From the IMG/VR virus record IMGVR_UViG_3300031857_000005, positions 240,366-304,365 of that record: a DNA stretch of 64,000 bases; one strand, written 5' to 3'. Of the stretch, positions 57,434-64,000 are shown in pieces. How positions within the stretch are numbered: position 1 is the first letter of the stretch; every line of letters starts with the position of its first letter. The notes under the pieces were generated by a model. It was not told where the DNA came from. It worked only from the letters and a program-made list of their open reading frames with translations, and did not search any database. A program made the translations under genes and the position numbers.

Positions 57434-58450
57434 TTAGTAATAAAGACGATCAGGTAACCCGTCATTGATATTCTCAACAACTTTTCTATTATCTGGATAG
57501 TCAGGAACCCTGATTCTTAAAAAATCATCACTATCGCCCATGTAATGGCGTAACATTGATGAGTAATCACCATATTCAAATAAAGTATCCTCATATCCAG
57601 CAAATGAATTTAAAAAATTCTCAATATCACTTTTAATGTTTTTAATTTTAATATAAGGTATATATACGGTTTTTAAACCGTTTTTGTTTTCAACCCAACT
57701 GTGCTTACCCTCAAAGTAAGTTGATAACTCATCAAATACCTCCGAGTACACTTCATCATTATATGCCTGATTGTAAGCCTCATCACCCAACCAACGAAAA
57801 CTATTCATCAAATCATTTAAATCACCTTTAAATAATGAATTCATAGAGTCCTCATCCTCAACAACAGACATCACATTTGATTCAGTAATGATAAATCTAC
57901 CATCGTCATCCGACATATCTCTAAACAATTCACTTTTATAATCATCTAAAGATAATTCTTGATTACCAACCAATTCTAAAACTCTCTCGGCTAATAATTT
58001 CATATTCTTTTCGTTAAGTTCTTCAACAATATCTTTATAAACATCGTAAACGGTATCACTATAAGGTTCCCACCAATCCTCATCTAAAACATTTTTTACA
58101 ATATCTCTATCGTTATATTCTCTTGAATACTGGTTGTCCTTAAAAAAATCGGATAACTCAGATAAGTCACTCAACATTAAATAATAACCATCACCACGAA
58201 TTTCAACATCACTTAAAAAACCCTGAACAATCTCGTTTAGATATGAAGGATCGTTTTGTAGGCGATATAACATCAACTCATTTACAAACCGTTCATCTTC
58301 GTAGTGTATACTATCTAAATCAAAATAATTTAAAAATCCTGCGCGTTTTACATAGGAATAAAATCTTTTTACATCACCTCCGAATACATCAGAGATATCA
58401 TCCCATTCACCATTATTGAATTTATTTACTAAATCTAAAACTTTTGACAT
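57434..58450 (-). CDS. Highly acidic late protein
   Basis: 338 aa, D/E-rich; TATTTATA lies 3 nt before the ATG (58454-58461, minus strand). Confidence 0.7.
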   Translation of the reverse strand: MSKVLDLVNKFNNGEWDDISDVFGGDVKRFYSYVKRAGFLNYFDLDSIHYEDERFVNELMLYRLQNDPSYLNEIVQGFLSDVEIRGDGYYLMLSDLSELSDFFKDNQYSREYNDRDIVKNVLDEDWWEPYSDTVYDVYKDIVEELNEKNMKLLAERVLELVGNQELSLDDYKSELFRDMSDDDGRFIITESNVMSVVEDEDSMNSLFKGDLNDLMNSFRWLGDEAYNQAYNDEVYSEVFDELSTYFEGKHSWVENKNGLKTVYIPYIKIKNIKSDIENFLNSFAGYEDTLFEYGDYSSMLRHYMGDSDDFLRIRVPDYPDNRKVVENINDGLPDRLYY

Positions 58451-58462
58451 ACCTATAAATAT

Positions 58463-58491
58463 AAAAAAAGGTGGAAACTTCCGTAACCACC
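58463..58491 (-). terminator. Intrinsic terminator
   Basis: GGTGG-TT-AC-GGAA-GT-TT-CCACC followed by T7 on the minus strand. Confidence 0.6.
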
Positions 58492-58516
58492 CATTAATTT
58501 CTTTGGTAGAAATAAA

Positions 58517-58663
58517 TTACCTCTTGTTATAATACTTCTCAACGATTTTTTTAACTGACTCTTGAACAGTGGCATTTTTTACTTGCTGTGGCTGTCCTTG
58601 AGCCGGTGCTTGTTGAGTAGCGGGAGTTCCACCATTGTTCTTATTTTTGCATCCACACCCCAT
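58517..58663 (-). CDS. Small 48-aa MGCGC peptide (not in ORF track)
   Basis: MGCGCKNKNNGGTPATQQAPAQGQPQQVKNATVQESVKKIVEKYYNKR; has its own late motif (58694-58701) and terminator. Confidence 0.7.
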   Translation of the reverse strand: MGCGCKNKNNGGTPATQQAPAQGQPQQVKNATVQESVKKIVEKYYNKR

Positions 58664-58693
58664 AGCTGATTGTTTTTATTAGGTTTATTTTCT

Positions 58694-58753
58694 TATAAAT
58701 ATCTTAATAGAATGTATTTTGTAAATAATTTTGGTATATCAATAATATTTATA
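58694..58753. promoter_or_regulatory. Divergent pair of late motifs
   Basis: TATTTATA on the minus strand (58694-58701) and on the plus strand (58746-58753). Confidence 0.6.
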
Positions 58754-58757
58754 AAAT

Positions 58758-60266
58758 ATGAAAAAAGTAATTAGACTTACCGAATCAGATTTAATTAAAA
58801 TAATTAAAACTAAACTCAACGAAGAAGAATCTGAATTTATTGAAATTCCCGCAAATGAATATGAACAGTTATTATCTGTAACTGGATATAATGGTGCGGC
58901 TCTTGAAAAGACAAGAAGGTTTAGAGGTAAGAAAATAAAAGTAAACGGTAGGTTAGATATATCAGGTAAACCAGTTACAAATCTTGGAACAATATATCTA
59001 CAAGGATCATTAGAGGCAACTAGATCAAAGTTAGAAACTTTAAATGGTGTGACAATTACGGGGTCTAAATGGTACTATAATACACCATTGGAGTCTAAAG
59101 AAAAGATAAGGAAACGAAGAAAAGAATTGGATGATGCCCAAGAAAGAAGAGAAAATGGTGTGTGGGACTTAGATTATCCGAACATTGATGATGAGGGATT
59201 AAAAGCAAATGCTGCGTTTCAGTACCTTGTTGAAAATGGTGAGATAGAAGAAATAACATCAGAAGAAAAAAGAGAATTAAAAAATTTAGAACAAAGACAA
59301 CTTAATATTTCTGATAGAATGGAAGCGGAAAATGATGAGGAACTTTTATCTGAATTGCAAAGTGAATACGATGAATTACAAGAAGACATTGATGATTTAT
59401 TAAGAAAGGAAAATAATGATGTTTATGGATTGATACCCAAAAGTTTTGGACATTATAATATGTTATCTTTTATGACAACATATGATGATTTTAATGATGT
59501 GACAATTGCCGTTGGAACCGAATATGAAGCGGATGAATCAAAAAAAGAATGGGTTGAACAATTATTGGATGATGGAGGATATAGACACTTTAATCAATAT
59601 ACGGTTGAAAGACATATTGATGGTGATGAGGTTGCCGACTATTTTGAAGATGTTATTAGAGAATGGATATATGATGATCCTGATAATTATGACGTTGTAA
59701 AAGATTTAAGTAGAAGTCAAAAAGATGAACTTTGGGTTCTTAAAATGGAGAAATGGGTTTATGAAAATGAAGGAGTCAGGTTTCCAATAAAGTACCCAAC
59801 AAAAGAAGAAAATGGAACTGTATTTGATTTTTGGGATGAAGATGAAGAACACGAATTTCAATTAAAATATGAAGGAAATAAGTGGGTATTATATAAAGAC
59901 GGATCGATAGTTCAACCAGGTCAACTATATGATGATGAAGACACTGACGATCACCAAGATGATCGTGAAAGTAGAATTTCTGATATTGAATATGAAATAC
60001 AAGAAATTGAAGAAAATCCTGATGGTGATTTGGATGAAGATTCGGTTGAAGAAAGGGTTGAAGATAAAAAATACGAAATTTCTAATGACCCTATAAGTTG
60101 GTTGAGAAATTACGACATGGATGTTGATAATTTTATTGATGAAAAGGCATTTATTGAAGATGTTGCTGGTGATGAGGATTATGGTATTTTGAATGGTTAC
60201 GACTCAACATATGATATTATTAATTTGGGTAACCAAAGTTATGTTGTAATGATAACCGATAAATAA
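58758..60266 (+). CDS. Highly acidic late protein with an MKKVIRLTESDL leader
   Basis: N-terminal MKKVIRLTESDLIKIIK...LNE; very D/E-rich body. Confidence 0.7.
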   Translation: MKKVIRLTESDLIKIIKTKLNEEESEFIEIPANEYEQLLSVTGYNGAALEKTRRFRGKKIKVNGRLDISGKPVTNLGTIYLQGSLEATRSKLETLNGVTITGSKWYYNTPLESKEKIRKRRKELDDAQERRENGVWDLDYPNIDDEGLKANAAFQYLVENGEIEEITSEEKRELKNLEQRQLNISDRMEAENDEELLSELQSEYDELQEDIDDLLRKENNDVYGLIPKSFGHYNMLSFMTTYDDFNDVTIAVGTEYEADESKKEWVEQLLDDGGYRHFNQYTVERHIDGDEVADYFEDVIREWIYDDPDNYDVVKDLSRSQKDELWVLKMEKWVYENEGVRFPIKYPTKEENGTVFDFWDEDEEHEFQLKYEGNKWVLYKDGSIVQPGQLYDDEDTDDHQDDRESRISDIEYEIQEIEENPDGDLDEDSVEERVEDKKYEISNDPISWLRNYDMDVDNFIDEKAFIEDVAGDEDYGILNGYDSTYDIINLGNQSYVVMITDK

Positions 60267-60295
60267 TTTACAGATGACAAAACCTTTATTATACT
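60267..60295 (+). promoter_or_regulatory. Sigma70-consensus promoter
   Basis: TTTACA-N17-TATACT, 7 nt before ATG 60303. Confidence 0.6.
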
Positions 60296-60302
60296 TGAAT
60301 AA

Positions 60303-61094
60303 ATGGCAAGAAAAAAGAAAAATAAAGGAATTGAATTTATAATGGAAACAGATTGGTTATTTGAAAAACCAATTGATCAAGAACACAAAGAATATAAATT
60401 ATTAAGTTACTTCCAAAAAATGGGAGAGAAACTTGATAATATGGAACTATATCCTGGTTTCATAGAGTTGTCATTGCATTTGGCAAGTATTCAAACCCTA
60501 ATTAAAGATAAAAAATTAATTTATACTGATAAGAAGTTTGATACGATTGATGATGAACTCCTTGTTAAGGATTTGAAAATCAAACAAATTCCTGACATGA
60601 CACAGGAAGAAACTCAAGAGTTTATTAGTATATTAAAATTTTCCGCACCAAGACTAATGGAGTACTTCAATGTTGCAAAGTCCGTGTGGTCAGTCGTGTT
60701 TGAAACAATTGAAGTTAAAATTAAAAAGAACAAAAAAAATCTATCGTTAAACAAAGGATACTTTTACTACAATGAGAATAAAACAAATAGTTTATATGTT
60801 TGGGAGTACAACATAACACCAGCATCAAGAGGTTCCATTGAGAAAAAAACACTTGTAAATTTAATTCATTCCGAACCAAAAGATAAGTTGACTATACCAA
60901 AAATAATTAATACATTTTCTCAATGGAGTTCTGATGAAGAAAAACCATCATTACCTGTGTTTGAAATGAAATGTAGTGATATATTCCCAATCAATGAAAC
61001 ATTACTACCATTATTCAAAAGAAAACTGATTTCATATATTAATCAAGAAATGTATGGGAAAGAAAAAAAAGTGATACAAATTAAAGTTAAGTAA
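60303..61094 (+). CDS. Hypothetical protein
   Basis: 263 aa; PIDQEHKEYKLL.Y and P..ETLLP..KR motifs. Confidence 0.7.
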   Translation: MARKKKNKGIEFIMETDWLFEKPIDQEHKEYKLLSYFQKMGEKLDNMELYPGFIELSLHLASIQTLIKDKKLIYTDKKFDTIDDELLVKDLKIKQIPDMTQEETQEFISILKFSAPRLMEYFNVAKSVWSVVFETIEVKIKKNKKNLSLNKGYFYYNENKTNSLYVWEYNITPASRGSIEKKTLVNLIHSEPKDKLTIPKIINTFSQWSSDEEKPSLPVFEMKCSDIFPINETLLPLFKRKLISYINQEMYGKEKKVIQIKVK

Positions 61095-61095
61095 T

Positions 61096-61236
61096 ATGGA
61101 TATAATAGAAATTTTTGAAAAGTTGGTTAAGGAAAATCCAAACGATAGTGATTTGGGTAAAAAAGTTAGAGAAATGTATCACAAATTAAAGAGTGAAAAT
61201 AATGGGATTCAACAAGAGGATACTCAGAAAAGATAA
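61096..61236 (+). CDS. Small 46-aa protein (not in ORF track)
   Basis: MDIIEIFEKLVKENPNDSDLGKKVREMY...; starts 1 nt after the upstream stop. Confidence 0.6.
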   Translation: MDIIEIFEKLVKENPNDSDLGKKVREMYHKLKSENNGIQQEDTQKR

Positions 61237-61384
61237 TATTATTAATAATCTTGATAACCTATCAAGATATCTATCAGCCGATGCAATTATTATTAGTGAC
61301 GACTTTTCAAATGAAGTGTTCAAAATGTTCTGCGAAGGAAAAACTGAGGATGAAATCATAAAATATATAAATAAAAACAAATGA
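61202..61384 (+). CDS. Hypothetical protein
   Basis: ATG 61202 (MGFNKR); ATGA-coupled to glutamine synthetase. Confidence 0.6.
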   Translation: MGFNKRILRKDNIINNLDNLSRYLSADAIIISDDFSNEVFKMFCEGKTEDEIIKYINKNK

Positions 61385-62580
61385 AGATTAAACTTGAATA
61401 TCTGTGGTTAGACGGATATATGCCGGAACCAAATTTAAGAAGTAAGGTAAAAATTGTTAATTACGATGACATAAAAAATTCATTTATAACGGGTAGATTT
61501 CCTGAATGGAACTTTGACGGATCATCAACAAACCAAGCAGAAACTGGGACTTCAGACTGTATTTTAAAACCTGTAAGACATTATTTGGATGATAAATTTG
61601 GTAGTGTGTATGTTCTTTGTGAGGTTATGAATTCAGACGGAACACCACATCAATCAAATACCAGATCATTACTTGGTAATGAACAAGAGGATTTGTGGTT
61701 TGGTTTTGAACAAGAATACTTTATCTATGATAGAAAAAATAAATGTATTTTAGGCCACGATGAAAACAACTTGGAACCACAAGGTAAATATTATTGTGGT
61801 GTTGGAGAATATGTTGCGGGTAGAGAATTTGTTGAAGAACATATGAATTTATGTTTAAGGTATGGGATTAACATAACAGGAATAAATGCCGAGGTTGCAC
61901 TTGGACAATGGGAGTATCAAGTATTCTCTCAAGGTAAATTGAAATCAGGAGATGATTTATGGATGTCTAGATACCTATTACATAAGTTGTCCGAAAAATA
62001 TAATTATGGGATTGAACTACACCCAAAACCAATCCAAAAAGGTGAATGGAATGGATCTGGACTTCACACAAACTTCTCAAATTATAAAATGAGGGAAGAA
62101 GGTGGTGAAAATCATTTTAAATCAATTTTCTCAAGTTTTGCCACAAGACACCAAGAACATATTGAAAATTATGGTTCATCAAATGAATTAAGATTGACGG
62201 GTAAATTTGAAACCCAATCAATTAATAAGTTTAGTTGGGGTATTTCAGATAGAGGTGCATCAATTAGAGTTCCACAATCAACCGCAAAAGAATGGAAGGG
62301 ATATGTTGAAGATAGACGACCATCATCTAATGCTGATCCATATAAAATCATTTATCAAATATGTGAATCATTAAGAAACGCTGAAGAGATTGACGACATC
62401 AAACATAAAATGAATTATAAACTTGATATGGACAACCTTAAGATGGATTATAAAACAATCCCAACCGATGAACTATTAAAAGAATACTTCAATGATGAAG
62501 AATTTGAATTGGATGGTAAAACAATGGATGGAAGTAATATCCCTACAAAAGAAATTAAATTTGATTTAAATGGAAAATAA
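61381..62580 (+). CDS. Glutamine synthetase, type II
   Basis: EYLWLDG, LRSK, WNFDGSST, FGFEQEY, GINAEV..GQWEYQ, HPKP..WNGSGLHTNFS, RLTG.FET, DRGASIRVP, YVEDRRP.SNADPY. Confidence 0.95.
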   Translation: MKIKLEYLWLDGYMPEPNLRSKVKIVNYDDIKNSFITGRFPEWNFDGSSTNQAETGTSDCILKPVRHYLDDKFGSVYVLCEVMNSDGTPHQSNTRSLLGNEQEDLWFGFEQEYFIYDRKNKCILGHDENNLEPQGKYYCGVGEYVAGREFVEEHMNLCLRYGINITGINAEVALGQWEYQVFSQGKLKSGDDLWMSRYLLHKLSEKYNYGIELHPKPIQKGEWNGSGLHTNFSNYKMREEGGENHFKSIFSSFATRHQEHIENYGSSNELRLTGKFETQSINKFSWGISDRGASIRVPQSTAKEWKGYVEDRRPSSNADPYKIIYQICESLRNAEEIDDIKHKMNYKLDMDNLKMDYKTIPTDELLKEYFNDEEFELDGKTMDGSNIPTKEIKFDLNGK

Positions 62581-63409
62581 TATATTTAACAAATTACCCG
62601 GAATGATGTTTGGTAAGGGTGAGGGTAACATTAGTTGGTACCCAGAAAGGATTCATACCCTACAAGATTTGGTATACCAAATTAAACCAAGAAATATTAT
62701 TGAAATAGGATTCAATGAAGGACATTCAATGGTTTTAATATGTGAGACATTATTGAAAATAATTAATGAAGATCCTGATTTTAATAGGAAACCAATAATT
62801 GTTTTTGTATTTGATGACTGTAAATATGAGAGTACTGTTAACAATCACTCAATACTTGCCAAGCATTACAGGAAGTGGAACATACATTTGAGTTTATTTC
62901 CTGGTAACTCCCTTGAGGTTGTTCCAAGAGTTTTAGACACATCAAAAACAAAATTTGATTTTATTGAGATTGATGGGTGCCACTTTGAGGAATGCGTTAG
63001 AGGTGATATTAATAATGTGATTAATTTTATTAATGATGATGGTATTGTATATTTGGATGATTATAAGTCCTCAAAAGATCCTACTGAAGGTGTTAATAAT
63101 GTAATTGAATCATTTGACTGGCAAGGATTTAATACCTATCATATTGATGGAGTATTTTGGGCTCACAAAAAGAAAAAAGAAATGGAAGAAAAAAAGGAAC
63201 AAGTAAATCACCCTAACCACTATGGGGGAGAGTCAAACCCATATGAAGCAATCAAGGTGATTGATGCTTGGGACTTAGGATTCTCCCTTGGTAATACTGT
63301 GAAGTATATCTCAAGAGCGGGTAAGAAAGAGTTAGATAAAGAATTACAGGATCTTAAAAAAGCATTGTGGTATTTGCAACACCACATTGAAACATTGGAG
63401 AAAAAATGA
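62570..63409 (+). CDS. Class I SAM-dependent methyltransferase (Methyltransf_24-like) fused to a DUF3310-like domain
   Basis: IIEIGFNEGHS, FDFIEIDGCH, GIVYLDDY; C-terminal VNHPNHY...GNTVKYISRAGKK...DLKKALWYL. Confidence 0.75.
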   Translation: MENNIFNKLPGMMFGKGEGNISWYPERIHTLQDLVYQIKPRNIIEIGFNEGHSMVLICETLLKIINEDPDFNRKPIIVFVFDDCKYESTVNNHSILAKHYRKWNIHLSLFPGNSLEVVPRVLDTSKTKFDFIEIDGCHFEECVRGDINNVINFINDDGIVYLDDYKSSKDPTEGVNNVIESFDWQGFNTYHIDGVFWAHKKKKEMEEKKEQVNHPNHYGGESNPYEAIKVIDAWDLGFSLGNTVKYISRAGKKELDKELQDLKKALWYLQHHIETLEKK

Positions 63410-64000
63410 TAGAAACAGGAAAAATAATAACAGGAGATTGTATTGAGGTGATGAAAACATTACCTGAAGGGTCTGTGGATTTAATCGTCACATCACCACC
63501 CTACGGAGTCGGGATTGCGTATGATACCCACGATGATGATGTGGAGTTTGAGGAGTATTTGGTATTTGCCAAAAATTGGTTAACTGAAGCATATAATGTT
63601 TTGAAAGATGATGGACGAATCGCGTTGAATATTCCATATGAAATCAATAGACAAAAGAAAGGGGGAAGAATTTTCTTTGTTTCTGAAATGTATCAATTAA
63701 TGAAACAAATTGGGTTTGGTTTCTTCGGTATCGTGGATTTAGAAGAAGATTCACCTCATCGTAGTAAAACAACTGCTTGGGGATCTTGGATGAGTCCGTC
63801 AAGTCCGTATATTTATAATCCAAAGGAGTGTGTAATACTTGCATACAAAAAACACCACATTAAAAAGGTTAAGGGAGAACCTCAGTGGAAAGGGACACCT
63901 ACTGAAATTGAACAGGAGGATGGAACCATAAAAAAGAAAGTTGTATATGAAGAACAAGATAAGAAGGAGTTTATGGAACTTGTTTTTGGTCAGTGGAATT
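63406..64000 (+). CDS. DNA methyltransferase, N4/N6 beta class (3' truncated; not in ORF track)
   Basis: MIETGKIITGDCIEVMKTLPEGSVDLIVTSPPY...TAWGSWMSPSSPY; ATGA overlap; open to the window end. Confidence 0.9.
   Translation, partial: MIETGKIITGDCIEVMKTLPEGSVDLIVTSPPYGVGIAYDTHDDDVEFEEYLVFAKNWLTEAYNVLKDDGRIALNIPYEINRQKKGGRIFFVSEMYQLMKQIGFGFFGIVDLEEDSPHRSKTTAWGSWMSPSSPYIYNPKECVILAYKKHHIKKVKGEPQWKGTPTEIEQEDGTIKKKVVYEEQDKKEFMELVFGQWN

Noticed and set aside
1-64000. Stop-codon reassignment as in some gut jumbo phages
   Set aside because: Long genes are intact under the standard code. TAA and TGA terminate genes; TAG is rare (seen ending only 49261-49899) but does not interrupt ORFs.
1-64000. Eukaryotic giant virus or cellular origin, suggested by GSII, DnaJ, LRRs and Cys-rich proteins
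   Set aside because: Baseplate wedge genes, sigma70, bacterial promoters, intrinsic terminators and ATGA-coupled operons indicate a bacteriophage.
1-64000. tRNA, rRNA, introns, inteins
   Set aside because: Intergenic gaps are short and none showed a cloverleaf or T-loop by eye; the enzymes have normal lengths with no intein motifs. A tRNAscan or Infernal run would be definitive.

Overview
This 64-kb, AT-rich, gene-dense window looks like part of a large (jumbo-type) contractile-tailed phage genome using the standard genetic code. The host is most likely Bacteroidota, inferred from four exact TTTG-N19-TAnnTTTG promoters, a Bacteroidota-type primary sigma factor, an Hc1-like DNA-binding protein, SprB repeats and a signal peptide leaving N-terminal Gln. 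Layout: (1) 3' end of class Ia ribonucleotide reductase alpha. (2) About 28 kb of baseplate and tail-fibre genes (gp25- and gp6-like wedge proteins, Cys-rich SprB/PKD/Pro-Thr proteins, two paralogous Gly-rich repeat fibres). (3) Replication/recombination genes (RuvC-like, primase, PD-(D/E)XK nuclease, Mre11/Rad50). (4) A candidate type II R-M pair and a sigma70. (5) A lysis/membrane cluster with a degenerate amidase and a lipobox-less spanin-like pair. (6) Putative head-internal proteins. (7) DnaJ, a Dam-like MTase, thioredoxin, glutaredoxin, glutamine synthetase II and a third DNA MTase cut by the window end. Best leads: a catalytically dead, centre-deleted MetK (SAM synthetase) homologue; a standalone ~150-nt transcription unit with two alternative RNA folds; three promoter classes readable from the DNA; 10-11-bp periodic DNA arrays inside genes; and a recurrent (S/T)(G/A)xT motif confined to Cys-rich virion proteins. 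All family assignments come from motif recognition by eye; no database searches were run.
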